Assembly (NCBI GenBank): GCA_964016885.1
Contig: OZ024741.1
Coordinates: 98,890,001 to 98,954,000 of the forward strand
DNA length: 64,000 bases
Source of the DNA: Eledone cirrhosa
Lineage: Eukaryota
Reading direction: 5' to 3'
Below the pieces are notes generated by a model. That model was not told the origin of the DNA, did no database searches, and saw nothing but the letters and a program-made list of their open reading frames with translations. Shown in pieces: positions 1 to 13,842 of this stretch; positions within the stretch are counted from its first letter, which is position 1, and the number at the start of each line of letters is the position of its first letter. The position numbers and the translations under genes were made by a program.

Positions 1-150
1 TAAACATTTTGTTAAAATTTGAGACAATAATAATAGTAATTATTATTATCATGCCGGGATTGATGGTGGTGGTGGTGAAATTGCCGTTATCTGGCTGTTA
101 TATTTAGTGTGATGAGATAGGTGGTGTATCAAGTTTCTGGTGTTGGTGAA

Positions 151-182
<32 letters not shown>

Positions 183-294
183 CAATATTATTATTATTAT
201 AGTACTTGTTTACATTCAGTTGTGTTGCTAGTTACCTGTCTCTGACGGTTTGTTTTCGGAAATAAAACTAGACATCGAGAATTACGTCAAATAG

Positions 295-344
<50 letters not shown>

Positions 345-2374
345 CCCCGTTCTTTGGTAGAACGAAAACATGTTGATGAACTAAATTCTTTGTTCGATCA
401 TGAATACCACGAGCTTGCCAGTTACGTAAGTCTGATATTTGATTTCGAATTCATAGAAACACTTTAAACGTATAACGTTTGATTTGTCCAGGTGTATTTT
501 TCTAAGCCTGTTAGTTCTTTTGTTACTTTGGTATATTGTGTGTCAGATTTTGCCTACCACAATGTTCAATTTGTCAAGCTATTTAAACGTATGTTATTAA
601 TCTAAGGGCATACCTTGTCGAGTGATTTGCTAACTCACTCATATAGTAGGCCGAATTTGCTTGCACACCGCCAGAGATTCGATTTTACTAAGTATCCAAT
701 TATATATATATATATATATGTATATATAAGAATCGACACTAACTCTTTGCCCTAAAGGTCGTGATTTTACATTTGAAAATTTATAATATGGAGCTTGTTT
801 TTTCAAAATGGCGTCAAACGAACAACATGGAGGAGGTAGTAGTGTTTACGGTGGCTTTGTTGTCGTTCTTTCTCTGCATTAATAACGACCAATTTCCTGC
901 AATGACAGCTGTTGTCACTATTCCTACTACAACCATTTTTTTAACGAAGGAAACATACAAATTCTTCAAGTGCGATTCGTTAAGTACGACTGAGAACAAA
1001 ATCACTGATCAACAAAATATATGAATAAAAATAAGTACAACAATATCGGCCACTGAAACAGTAGACACAGCAATACTAATACCTTAATGAAAACAACATG
1101 AACAACAACGACGACGATAATAGCACCCTCAGGGACGTCCACTTTAGACATTGCATGCGACCCGAAAGAACTATACCTTCTATTTCTTGTCAACAAAGCT
1201 GCGAAATTAATTCATGCCATATAAGTTGTCAAAATGTACGATAAATGGCCGGGGTAATGGTGGACCAATGGCAGAAACTGTAAAAAAAATAGCTTCCTAC
1301 GGCTATGTGTTTTTGCAGAGTCGACTCTCGAAAACAGCATCAAATGCTCAGATAGACAAGACTGTAAGATATAGTTGGATATGGATTGTGTAACAAAAGG
1401 AACGCATCTTTCCAAGGGTTTTTTTTCTCTTCCCTACATAAATTGACAGACAGTTAGGCTAAAAATGTCAGTTATCCGGCTGTTAGATATGTGGTGAATA
1501 TAGATAAACATTGTCTTTGAAGAGCCCGACATGCTCCTGAATATGACATGGGCAAGGTGAAAGAACTGGTCTCGAATCAGTCTGTAGATTTTGCTTCAGG
1601 TCAAGAAAACATCCTTCCACCCGCAAAAAAACAACAGATTATTCATCTACTAAACGCGCTGGAGACTAGAAAATCCAAATATCATTTATGTGGGGCCAAA
1701 ACCATCTGAACCCACTCTGACAAAAACAAAACAATGAGAAAGAAGCTACGACAACTGCCGATACTATAACCCAACAACACTAAAAACGCCAACAACAGTG
1801 TAGAGCATCTACAGCATTATCAGCAACAGCAAACATCCCAGCAGGAGCAGCAGCACAAAAACTACCAACATCAAAAAGACCTGCAGTAGCAATATCAACG
1901 AGAAAAACATCAATTGAAGCGAAAGCCAACATCAAAACCATCACCCAGGAGAATTCCCATAGTGGCTCACTCTCCCCCTCTTTCAAAAACAAATAAACAA
2001 ACACACACAAACGTACTCCTGGTCATTAGATCATCAGTTTGATTTCCATCGTCATGTTGATCAAAACATTTTATTTGACGTGACTCTAGTTCAATCTGCT
2101 GGCACGGTGTTACATAGAATCTCCCTGTGTATTACGTTGATAGTACACGTGTCAATGGAATACTCAGTCACTTGCACGTTAATTTTCGAAGCAGGCTATT
2201 CCTTTCATCGAATCATTCGTCATCAAAACCGACGGAAGTTCAACACAACACAGCATACGTTTGATCAGAGCTGACCTTGGACTAAACAACAGCAGCAGCG
2301 GCAGTGACATCAACAACAACAACAGTAAGAATTATCATGTGTTTTACCTGACATTATATCTATGTCAACAAAAA

Positions 2375-2578
2375 GCGGTGGATTGGCAGAGGGTCGGATG
2401 CCATGCATTGCAGCATAGAGTTACGTCCCTTTAATGTCTGTGTTCAAATCCAGCCGGAGTTGGCTTTGCCTTTCATCCTTACGGGGTCGATAGAATAAAG
2501 TTGGTACTTTACTTTTTCGACCCGGTAAGGATGCACTGGAGTAATTGCTGGCCTTGGGCCAAATATACAAACAATTAT
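2375..2578 (+). mobile_element. tRNA-type SINE (dominant family), with target-site duplication
   Basis: GCGGTGGATTGGCAG head, GTTCAAATCC B-box, core CTTTGCCTTTCATCCTTACGGGGTCGAT. Flanked by the direct repeat ATTATATCTATGTCAACAAAAA. Confidence 0.88.
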
Positions 2579-2653
2579 ATCTATGTCAACAAAAATATCA
2601 TTATACTGGATACAGTGATCCTGAAGAATATTTGCCATTATTGTTTAGAGTTT

Positions 2654-2843
2654 TGGCGGTGGATTGGCAGTCTCGGTAGAGCGTCAGACACCATACTTTG
2701 CAGCATAGAGTTATGGCCCTTTATGTTTTGAGTTCAAATCCCACCGAGGTTAACTTTGCCTTTCATCGTTACGGGTCGATAAAATAAAGCACCAGCAATG
2801 AACTGGGGTTAATTGCTGGCCTTGCGCCAAAAGTAGAAACAAT
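2654..2843 (+). mobile_element. SINE, dominant family
   Basis: Same head, B-box, core and AAAAGTAGAAACAAT tail. ATTGTTTAGAGT repeated on both flanks. Confidence 0.88.
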
Positions 2844-3031
2844 CATTGTTTAGAGTGATGTACATATAAGATCCATTATAGATACAAGGTCTATTGTAGA
2901 TATAAGGGATCAGTAACACCCCTCAATTGTAATCTTTCGATGTTTTCTTTTTCATACCCTGATATTCTAAGCAAAGTGTGTTTGCTGCACATTTAATCCT
3001 AAGAACTAGTGTTTGTTGAGATGCTGATGTA

Positions 3032-3420
3032 ATAATTGTTTCTACATTATGCACAAGGCCAGCAATGTGAAGGGAGTCGCTTAAATCAACCGCAGTGCAT
3101 TACTGGTACTTTATTTTAACGACCCCGTAAAGACGAAAGGCATTGCTAACATCTACGGGATTTGAACTCAGAGCGTAAAGGGATGCAACTCTACGCCGCT
3201 AAGCATTGTCCCCGATTTCTAAATTAAGTACATGGCCACCAATATTTTATCGGGGTGGGTTAAATCGATTACATCTACCCCAGTGTCTAACCGGTTCGTT
3301 ATTATGTTAACCTCGAATGGATGAAGGACAAAACTGACGGCAGCTGTATTTGAACTCAAAACGTAAAAGCTCGTTAACAAATGCGGTAAAGCATTTTGTC
3401 CAACATGCTACCTATTCTTC
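3032..3420 (-). mobile_element. Two older, diverged SINE copies
   Basis: Degenerate reverse matches (ATAATTGTTTCTAC, CTGGTACTTTATTTT, GATTTGAACTCA) occur twice. Confidence 0.7.
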
Positions 3421-4384
3421 TAATCCTATAACCTAATGACAGGTTTGATATTAATCCTTTTCATATTAAACCACCCGAATCCGCCCCGGATACTACAATA
3501 TAAAATACTGTTAGTTTTAAAGTGTTTATATTCATATAGAAAAAAATACTGTCGTAATTTTTTGTTAGAACATTCGTTAAGTTGTGTCCCAAGCACCAGC
3601 CTCATAATTTGGAAGTTAATTATATTAATAAATCCTTGCAAATTGTGAATCATTTTCAAAATAATTTGAATATCATAAGTCATCTCTTTTATAAGGAATA
3701 TGATAACTATCTATACAGTTATCTTTCTGTCTGACTTATGATAGATCATCTTTTCACAAGCCGAGGATGTGTTGTAACTTAACATGGTTTTAATTATGTA
3801 TGGTTTTGTAAGACTTCGCTTTTGATATGTGACTGATTATAGAGAAAATTGAGTAGTTAACAAATTTAACATTGTTATAATTCTACTTAGATAATCTACC
3901 AGACACAAACATTTACGCAATGGTTAAATGTAGTGTGTCCAGTTCTATCAACTATGATAAGCAGCTGACTTTAATCTGGAACTTAGTTTGAACGACTTTA
4001 TTACGTATTTCAGATATTTCACTAATGTTGATGAGAAACGCATGAGCATCATATTTTCTCAATTACATTTCCCCCAAAAGATTTGAGATTCAGTGATAAT
4101 AAGAATATATGAAAACTGTCCTCAGAGCAGTATTTAATACACGCGCACGCATACATAGATAAACATCCACATGCAAATGGGAATATATGCACAAATATGT
4201 ATGTGTGTCTATATATGCATATCACTCTCTACATACAGTTACAAACATGTTTATATAAATAAGAAAAATAAAAATACATGCTGATTTTAGATCATGAAAA
4301 CTCAGATGAAAGTGAAACATACATTCACATATACGTATATGTCTGGACATGGATACATACATATGCATAAACATACACGTACAC

Positions 4385-4464
<80 letters not shown>

Positions 4465-4469
4465 GTATA

Positions 4470-4535
<66 letters not shown>

Positions 4536-4542
4536 TATATAA

Positions 4543-4735
4543 CTCGGTATCTGGAAGATACCGGGTTCGATTCCTCGTAGTGGCAGATGTCTACATCTTT
4601 TTCCATCTTTAATAGTCATAACTCTACTTTATGAGCTATTTTATAGCATCTCAGCCCATGAGCAAACCACTCTTTATATTAACTTTATCCCCTCAGTGCT
4701 TGGTAAAAGTCCGAGAGATAGACTTCGTATAACGA
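4543..4735 (+). mobile_element. tRNA-derived SINE-like fragment between (TA)-rich tracts
   Basis: GGTATCT-GGA-AGATACC hairpin followed by B-box CCGGGTTCGATTCC. No A-box or complete cloverleaf is visible. Confidence 0.45.
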
Positions 4736-4844
4736 TATTAATATATACATAAATATATACATAAATACATATATACATAAATACATATATGATCGAGACG
4801 AAGCGTAAGTATATTAGAATTCATAGAAAAATGAGAAAACTCAA

Positions 4845-5632
4845 CATTAGAACAACTTTTAAAACAGCTAATTACAGCGATGGGCAAAAATGCCTTAAAG
4901 GACAGTGGCCAGCGACCAATGGTCGGCAGGAAAACAATCAACAAAGTGGGTGATAGGCAGATGAAATATAGAAAAGATTGAGAGAAGATTATAACAAGAA
5001 GTTTGTTGGCACATAGAAGTGACTGGAAGGAAATAAGTAAAGGCAATGTACAAAACAAGCTCGCATATATATATTCACCCTCATCAGCTCTCAGACCAGT
5101 AAAATAGTTTTGCACGATTTAATTGAGAGTACCATTTTTAAACGCTAGAGCGAGCCGTGCAACAGAAAAAATAAAACTTTCTGCTGGTATGATGAGTGTG
5201 TAATAAAACAAACAGATCAAATAGATTGACAGACAGACCAGAGAGCTTTCCGCTCCTGATTGCACTTCCGTTTGTTGCCACTTCCGCCGCCCGTTATTTT
5301 ATTTTCTTTATTTTCTGCGGTCTAGCGTAGGTAGGACGTTTTTTGCTTCGCTCTCTTTTTAATGGTCTGAGAGTTGATGAGGGTAAAGATGTGAGTATGA
5401 AATTGTCTCGTGTATCGCCTTTCTTTATTTACTTCTATCTTCTTCTAGTGACTTCTATGCGCCAACACTTGTCCTACTCCTCTCCCTATCTTCTCTATAT
5501 TTATCTGCCTATCACGTACCTCGTGGATTGTCTCTCTGCCGAACACTGGCCGTTGATCACTGTCCTCTGAGGCATTTTTGCCCATCGCTGTCTTTGACAC
5601 TATTTAGCTTTTTTAAAAACCGTTCTAGCGTT
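4845..5632. repeat. Two diverged copies of an unclassified repeat in inverted orientation
   Basis: ~4845-5120 reverse-complements ~5345-5632 (shared GGTCTGAGAG.TGATGAGGGT and AGGCATTTTTGCCCATCGCTGT). A third relic lies near 40558-40730. Confidence 0.7.
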
Positions 5633-5640
5633 CACCTTTC

Positions 5641-5710
<70 letters not shown>

Positions 5711-5788
5711 GGTGTCCGTATGCGGTAGGCCGTTTGAGCACTCGATGCTCTCATAGAGCAGAGTATGATATTACAAAAAAAAGAGAAT

Positions 5789-6076
5789 CAGTGTTGCGAC
5801 GAATGGAATTTATTGGACATATTACAATCGTTTCTCTGGCGACCAGCTCGAGGCACGATCGATGTGATGATCGAACCTGACTCTGAAAATCGCAAGGTCC
5901 TCAGATACTTCTTGATTCTACGAAGATTAGGAAATTCTGCTTCGTAGCATCAAGACGTATCTGAGGACCTTGCAATTTTCAGAGTCAGTTTCGATCATCA
6001 CATCGATCGTGCCTCGAGCTGGTCGCCAGAGAAACGATTGTAATATGTCCAATAAATTCCATTCGTCGCAACACTG
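5789..6076. mobile_element. Foldback / MITE-like palindrome
   Basis: ~137-bp near-perfect inverted arms from CAGTGTTGCGACG to CGTCGCAACACTG around a ~14-nt loop. Confidence 0.8.
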
Positions 6077-6212
6077 GTACTTTATTTTATCGACCCCGTA
6101 AGGATGAAAGGCAAAGTCAACCTCGGCAGGATTTGAATTCAGATTGTAAAGGGACGTAACTATGCTGGAAAGCATGGCGTCCGACCCTCTACCGATACTG
6201 CCAATCCACCGC
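6073..6212 (-). mobile_element. SINE, tail-truncated
   Basis: Reverse match from ACTGGTACTTTATTTTATCGACCCC to GCCAATCCACCGC. Confidence 0.85.
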
Positions 6213-6315
6213 TCTTGAGCAATAATATTCGTGTTTACGAATCGTAGTAAATTATTTCTGATTATATATGAATCGCCTTTTCTTCTTCTTGACACCCTCG
6301 TACTACATCTATATT

Positions 6316-6465
6316 TGGTGGGGGGGGGGTAGTGGTGGTGGTGGTGGTGGTGGTGGTGGTGGTGTTAGTGGTGGTGGTGGTGGTGGTGTTAGTGGTGGTG
6401 GTGTTAGTGGTGGTGTTAGTGGTGGTGGTGGTGGTGTTAGTGGTGGTGGTGGTGGTGGTGGTGGT
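6316..6465. repeat. (GGT)n microsatellite with TTAGT interruptions
   Basis: Read directly. Confidence 0.95.
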
Positions 6466-6816
6466 AGAGATGTGCATATGAGTATAAACAATTATGCCAT
6501 TGCTATTCCTGACACGCAGTAACTGACGGTAAATAGAATGATGATAATGATGATGATGATAAACCTGGTTAAAATAATCATCATGAAGATGGTGACGACA
6601 TGATGATGTGTCTGGAGATATGACAATGATGATGATTTTCTGACAACACCGACGACGACAGTGAAGACGATCAGAACGAGGATGGTGATGATGAATACAG
6701 CAACGACGATGGCGATTATCCCGTTTATTGTAAAGACATTGATGGAAATGGTGATGGTGGCAAAGTAACACAGCCCTTGGTTCTTTTGACAGTAAGGATT
6801 AGAATTAGTTCAGAAG

Positions 6817-6850
6817 TTAGTAGTAGTAGTAGTAGTAGTAGTAGCAGTAT

Positions 6851-6886
<36 letters not shown>

Positions 6887-6911
6887 CAGTAGTAGTAGTA
6901 GTAGTAGTAGT

Positions 6912-6969
<58 letters not shown>

Positions 6970-7157
6970 GTAGTAGTAGTAGTAGTAGCAGCAGCAGCAG
7001 TAGTAGCAGCAGTAGTAGTAGTAGTAGTAGTAGCAGTATTAGTAGTAGTAGTAGTAGTAGTAGCAGTAGCAGTATTAGTAGTAGTAGTAGTAGCAGCAGC
7101 AGCAGTATTAGTAGTAGTAGTCGTAGTAGCAGCAGCAGTAGTAGTAGTAGTAGTAGT

Positions 7158-7189
<32 letters not shown>

Positions 7190-7220
7190 TCGTAGTAGCA
7201 GCAGTAGTAGTAGTAGTAGT

Positions 7221-7252
<32 letters not shown>

Positions 7253-7334
7253 TAGTAGTAGCAGCAGTAGTAGTAGTAGTAGTAGCAGCAGCAGTATTAG
7301 TAGTAGTAATAGTAGTAGTAGTAGTAGTAGTAGT
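6817..7334. repeat. Compound (AGT)n/(AGC)n microsatellite
   Basis: Read directly. Source of the poly-S, poly-L and poly-T pseudo-ORFs. Confidence 0.97.
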
Positions 7335-7575
7335 ATAATTATCCAGAGACACAGAACCGGATATTCCCAAACACAGATATATTCATATATCCACTTACAG
7401 GCGTACGTGTGTATGTATTTATATATGCATGTATGCATGTATGTATATATGTATTTATGCCTGCATGTATGTAAGTACGTGCGTTCTTATGCATGTATAC
7501 ACATATACACGCGCAGATCCCTCTTTCTCAAACACACACATATACTCACATATTGACAGATAGAAATTCGCCGCT

Positions 7576-7624
<49 letters not shown>

Positions 7625-7714
7625 CCTCTCCCCCTCTCTCTCTCTCTCTCTCTTACACACACTAATACATACATATATATATATATATATATAACCATAC
7701 AGACACACATCACA

Positions 7715-7773
<59 letters not shown>

Positions 7774-8238
7774 TACAGACACACACACACCAACACATAC
7801 ATATATATATACATATATACATATATATATATATAAACATACAGACACTCACACTCATCCGTTAACATGCCGATACAGAGATACAATCTTTTACTCAATT
7901 ATCGATTATTTTTAAAAGCATTTTGCCCAGCAATCATGAAGTCACTCAAATTTGATGTGATCGTACTTGTTGTCACTGCTGTTATTGTCGGTGTTGTTTA
8001 AGTTGTTGTTGTTGCTGTTGTTGTTTAAGCTATCCCTCCTTGACCTTCACCACCACCAACAACAACAACAAAAACAACAGCAACAACCTTTAACACAACA
8101 TTCAACATCTTCATCACCTTCTTTGACAACTCCAACACCTTAATTCACCTTAATGGTTCAACTTGTAGCATATGTAAGGCTTTGACACCATCTTCCTTCA
8201 AGAGCAGAGAAACCTCACCTCAGAACTGCCCTCGCTTT

Positions 8239-8288
<50 letters not shown>

Positions 8289-8395
8289 ACTACTACTACT
8301 ATTGATGATGATGATAATGATGATGATGATGATGATGATGATACCGATACCAGCACCACCGTTGCTACTACGAAATTATATTGATGAAATATTGA

Positions 8396-8430
<35 letters not shown>

Positions 8431-8570
8431 ATTATAGTAATGTTGTATATTGCTCCAAGCATGAGAAGTCCGAAAATGATGAGTTTTTATAAAACAGTTG
8501 AATAATACTGATGAGTAGGAAGATGGTGGCGATGATATGGAGAAAGGAAATGATTATGACGGTTGTGGTG

Positions 8571-8601
<31 letters not shown>

Positions 8602-8611
8602 GGAGAAGAAG

Positions 8612-8642
<31 letters not shown>

Positions 8643-8717
8643 GGAGGAGGAAAGAGATTGTTGCTGATAATTGCTGAATTTCGGGAGATTCTTTTATTGA
8701 TCTAACTCAAAGGAGTG

Positions 8718-8810
8718 TCTGGGGTTCCGTGAAAAAGGTAGAGGAGTATATTTATATTACGGCCCTATCCCAAAAAGGATTCCGCGTTTGAAACAGTTTG
8801 GGAAACCCTG
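8718..8810. mobile_element. End of a hAT/Charlie-like MITE
   Basis: Subterminal GGGGTTCCG and GGATTCCG motifs, ending GTTTGGGAAACCCTG, which resembles hAT TIRs. The partner end was not found. Confidence 0.45.
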
Positions 8811-9677
8811 AAACAACTAATAACAGTTTTGGGTTTGTTTGTTATTTCTTTTCTTTCATGAAACCGGACGAAAAGTGTACCTCAGAATATAAAAGTCGTA
8901 ACTAAATATTAAAATGATAAATCTCATAAACTAACGTGCTATATCGGTTCAAATACTGTAGGTTTCACCTATATGAAATAATTCAAAACGGTGTTAACAA
9001 ATTTTCTTCCATTTTCTGGTGGAAGCCTGTCTGTCGTATTTGTATGCATGCATATATATGTCTGTCTGGGTTGATTTGAACGAGCCTGCGAAAATGTCCT
9101 TAATCCCATTAAGTGTGTATAGACTTTTATTTTGAATATAATGTAAAGGTCCCCGTATTTTAGGTTTCACGAATTTTTGTCCTTGAGAAATGTCGAAAGA
9201 TTTGCAATATCCACACCATCTTTGGATTTATATTCCAAATAAAAGTAAATATGCTCTACGATTGAATGTGCATTGAATTCTTTCTCTTATAATTGGTATT
9301 CTTAGTGTATGTGGGTAAGTGTATTGTGAGTGTGTGAATGTCTGTATGTGTGCTTTATCACCTACCTGGCGTAAACCTCATTTCCTTACACGGTATCGTT
9401 GTGCTCCTGTTTACATTTTTTGTTCTTCTCAATTGAAAGACGAACTTCTATTTGATAATTGTTTTTGGTTTAATTAACTACGATATTAATCCTTCAATTA
9501 TTCTTGTACACATCTCTTTTTCCTCCGTCCGTATCGAAGATCTATCGCTATAGTTTTTCGAGTATTTGATGTGTTTTTTGCCATCACTAGTTTCAAACTA
9601 AGTATATTTAGGACTGTATTATCTGTCTTAAGTAACGGTTGTGATTTGAGGGATATTTAGCAGCTATTATTAGCAAA

Positions 9678-10110
9678 TGTCAGGTCACTCCGGAGTGCTA
9701 CTGAAAACATGTAACCCAGTACAACCTACCGCATGGTCGGGTCGTCGTCGACTAAACCGGCAACCCCACCAAGTTTACTTAGTGAGGAGGGTGATTTTGG
9801 ACACCTTGCAGGACAAAAAACAAAACCTGACAAAGAGCGGAAGAACTCGTAAAATCAACGGCCATCTAAAAAAGAAAATCCTTCCAAATCAATAGGCGGC
9901 AGTAGTTCCAGCTGCACGCATCGAAAGACTGGTGTAGTGGTTCTGAGAACAATGCGGCTTTGCAGATGATCAATGCAAATTGACAATGGAAAGGCGCTCC
10001 CGCTCGAGTTAGAAGAGAACTATTGACCTTCAAGAGAAGCAGTGACCCGTTATTGTATTCAGCAACCGAAACAAATATGAAGTACACCAAATCCAATGCT
10101 CCTAGGAGCA
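9678..10110 (+). mobile_element. 5' region of an RTE-related element
   Basis: The first ~190 bp match 20734-20928 and the reverse of 37400-37578 and 45905-46090. Confidence 0.65.
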
Positions 10111-10265
10111 ACCCTGGGTCTTCTTATTTGCGAGTGTAAACTCAGCCAGATTAGATTAGATTATTAGCAAAGCAAGTGTATGTATAAAAGTTTCGACATT
10201 AGCTTGGATGTTGAAAGTGTTGTTGGGGATGGTGGTCGCTGATTGATGTTATTATTTTTGTTAAA

Positions 10266-10453
10266 GGCGGTGAATTGGCAGTATCGGTGGAGGGTCGGAC
10301 ATGCTTTCCAGCATAGAGATACGTCCCTTTACGATCTGAGTTCAAATCCCGCCGAGGTTAATTTTGCCTTTCATCCATACGGGGTCGATAAAATAAAGTA
10401 CCAGTAATGTACTGGGAAATTGCTGGCCTTGGGCCAAAAGTAGAAACAATTAT
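10266..10453 (+). mobile_element. SINE with target-site duplication
   Basis: Full consensus. ATTATTTTTGTTAAA on both sides. Confidence 0.9.
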
Positions 10454-11949
10454 TTTTGTTAAACAACTGTTCAACATTGATCCTGAAGATCTATGATCAA
10501 CTACATTCCAACCTTGGGCACGCCGTTTTCTTTCTATATGCATGGAACGTAAGATCATATTTTCTACCGTGATCTCTTTAAGAGAACAGGTTGTAATTTG
10601 AAGGAAATTTTACTGCTATTTCTGGAAAGACATGCAACCACCTAGGCGTTCCCTCACTAGTTCGTGTTGGCGTTTGTGTTGGCATTGTTGCTTCGCACCA
10701 GGTCAGCTCAGATCAAACAGGCCTATGTATTAAGACATTTCAAATGTGAATATCACATGTTTTTAGTAAGAATGTATCTTGGACTATTTCATTGATTAAC
10801 TCTTCGTGTTTTAAGATTGTAGGCTGGGATCTGGTGATTTGTTCCCAGCAAGTTGAGATCAACGTTCATATTAGCTCCATGGTAGTTTCTTCATTTCTGC
10901 CCAAAAGAATCTCTTCGGTTATATGATGTTGATGTGGTAATAGTGGTGGACGTTTGCTGTTCGATAGATGCATACTAATTGTATCAATTATGATGGCAGC
11001 GGTGGTGGTTAGGGAGCGGGGGGAGGGGGCTTTGTAATAATGGTGTGGGTATAGTTGACGGTAATGATGTAACAATAATGATCGTGATGAAAATGATCAT
11101 GTTGTTCATGATCAGGATGAGATGATGATTATGTTGGGGGGGGGTAAGAGGAAGAAGAGGAAGTAGAGGAGGAGGAGGAGGAGGAGGAGGAGAAGAAGAA
11201 GAAGAAGAAGAAGAAGAAGAAGAAGAAATATGAGAGTGATGATGAGAGAAGGAGGTTGACGATAATTATGATAGTGATGCTGATGAAGAGCCTAAGGTAT
11301 GATGATGATGTTGATGAGGAGGAAAAGAGGGATTGTTGATGGTTGCATATTGGAGAGAATTGGGTTGGTATGGATCAAAATAAATGGACAAGACGGAAAT
11401 GCAGAAGCATGTATACATTTTCATGTGTATGTGTTTGTCTGTCTGTGTGTGTGTGTGTGTATACGTTTGTCCGTGTGTGTGAGAGAGAGTGTGTGCGTGT
11501 GTTCATAGACATAGATACAGAGAGAGTGGGAGAGAGAAATGATAGGGAGGGAGTGAGAAAAGTGATGAGAATATCACAGATGCGGAAGTTATTACCAAAT
11601 GAGATAGCAGCAATAATAGTAATTACCATAATGGGATATGAAGTTTAACATGTGACACAGTCATTTAACTGGTGATTCATTAGCTGCTCTTTACGTCACG
11701 TGACATGCTGTCCTGGCGCGTGTTTCCCCTTAAACCATTTGGGTATCAATTTAAAGTCCAGAAAAAAATTGAACCCTGGCCCTAACGAACGTATTTGATA
11801 TCGTAAATAGTCGGCATGTACTCAACCAATTCGTTTTCGAACAACAGTATTCGATCTCTAAACCCCTATCGAGCTATAGTCTCTAGATACTACAATATCC
11901 CCTGTTCTTTTCAACCAGCTAACCAAATAACTCAGTTTCGTATCATTGA

Positions 11950-12420
11950 TGAACAAAAAGATGTCTTATAAACATACATGTTAATCTATAGGAGCAAATT
12001 GTTTCTCGAATTATCTCAGAGGTTACTGTAAATGAAATAACATCACACAATGCTCTACATTCTTGATAATATGCTATATATTCAATCAAATATCGTATAT
12101 AATGCTATGTATTACTGGTATCGTTAATGTTAAGAACGTACCCAATATTTTGAAATAGAATTAGTTAAAATAGGTAGAAACTTAAAAGTTTAAATATACT
12201 GGAAACAACATATTCTAATGTATACATATATGGAGTTGTTTCAAGATGATTTAAGTGTTCAAGTTCCGTCTGGAACCCTTGAAATATATATAATAGACTA
12301 AATATGGTTTTATAAATATAGTTTCCATTTATTAATATCATTTCCAGAAAACTTGTCGAGTGCTTCGAATCTGTTATAACTATATTTGTTGAATTACCAA
12401 CAAATGTAATATCCCTTTGC
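11950..12420 (-). pseudogene. Highly decayed Penelope-like GIY-YIG relic
   Basis: The reverse strand gives broken VGNST..RF..TSF and PY..C-like motifs next to a (TA)n tract. Confidence 0.3.
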
Positions 12421-12437
12421 TTATATATATATATATA

Positions 12438-12532
12438 CTGTATATATAATAACTAGAAATTGATTAACATATAAATATACATGAATAATCACAGGAGATA
12501 ATTTTTGCCCGCGTGTAACCACGCATAGCTAG
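12438..12532 (+). mobile_element. Possible miniature non-autonomous Helitron
   Basis: GCGTG-TAAC-CACGC hairpin followed by ATAG-CTAG|T. Starts with CTGTATATATAATAA in a TA tract. Confidence 0.4.
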
Positions 12533-12997
12533 TATAGGTAATATTTACCTTTAAGTAAGTACGATTAACCTTCCTTGTATATATCCCATTAAAGAAATAT
12601 ATTTCACCAATTAATCAGATGGTAAGTCACGGAAAGTGGATATCATTGGATTGTCAACAAGGAAAGTGTAATAATGTCCAGCCATCCGTCCTTACAGAAT
12701 GAGTTCAAATCTTCATCTAGCCGTTACCACGTGTTGCATCTACACATGAAAGCGGTTTCGTTTCAGTGGCGTGAATAGGGATTCGACAACTAGAAATAGC
12801 AGTCAAATTTTCTTCAACAAAAATAGCTCTACAAATATGGAGCCGTATATATATATCTAAATCCAAAATTAAGATAAAATAAATTAAATGAATTTAATCT
12901 AAATCGAAATTGTGGGTGTCATGTCATAAGGCATGCGCCATATATCCTGGAAATTAAGCTCTAAGATAAATCTGAGGATATTATAATAACTAGAAAT

Positions 12998-13042
<45 letters not shown>

Positions 13043-13069
13043 TGTGTGTGTGTGCGTGTGTGTGTGTGT

Positions 13070-13420
13070 ATTCCCATTGGAATAACGTTACTCGATAGAG
13101 TGTGTACTTTAGAGACCAGAGAGCCGCTACAGGTCTAGCCGCTGCTTCTCCGAATTTAGAAATCACTGGTCCAGTGCATGTCAGAATGTCTGAAGAAAAA
13201 ATCGCTGGACGGATTTTACGGGCAGGAAGACCCAGGGGTAGACCCCAAGCAAGTTGGTTGGATAACATCCATGCGATCAACTGGTCTCGCTTGGGGATCC
13301 AGCCGCATCAGTTGGAAACGGTTGCTTCTGATAAGACCCGCTGGAAAGAGTGTTTGATGAGTAACTCCACACAACTCTCTCAGGAAGAAGAAGAAGAAGA
13401 AGAAGAAGAAGAAGAAGAAG
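13070..13420 (+). mobile_element. 5'-truncated LINE 3' end (RTE-like) with (GAA)n tail
   Basis: Translation GRPRGRPQASWLDNI...VASDKTRWK is typical of LINE ORF2 C-termini. Homologous to 34945-35085. Confidence 0.75.
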
Positions 13421-13775
13421 ATATATATATTTGTGTGTGTGAATGTGTGCGTGTATGTTTATGTGATATATTTGTGTGTATTTGTTGGGGACAGTGCTTG
13501 TGAGTGACCATATATAAGATGAGTACGTGTGCGTTGATAAGCGTTAAGTACAATCTCTTGACTGTGTGATTGAATATTTAATGGTTTCTTCTATGTAAAA
13601 ACAAAGAAGTTTGAAATATTTGCGAGTAGAAATCTAATAAATAAATAAATAAATGAATAAAAGAAAGCAGAAAAAAAATACAGAAAGTGAAAACAATGAA
13701 AAAACACCTTAAAACATGCAAATAATCATAATCATAGTTAAATAAATAAATATATGTAAATACACACACATACAT

Positions 13776-13842
<67 letters not shown>

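Noticed and set aside
343-700. Possible Penelope endonuclease relic on the minus strand
   Set aside because: Motif resemblance too weak to support by eye.
5066-5090. CTGATGAG on the minus strand as a hammerhead core
   Set aside because: No matching stem II/GAAA segment found downstream.
6262-7556. Long poly-S, poly-L, poly-T and poly-G ORFs
   Set aside because: Translations of trinucleotide microsatellites that lack stops in some frames.
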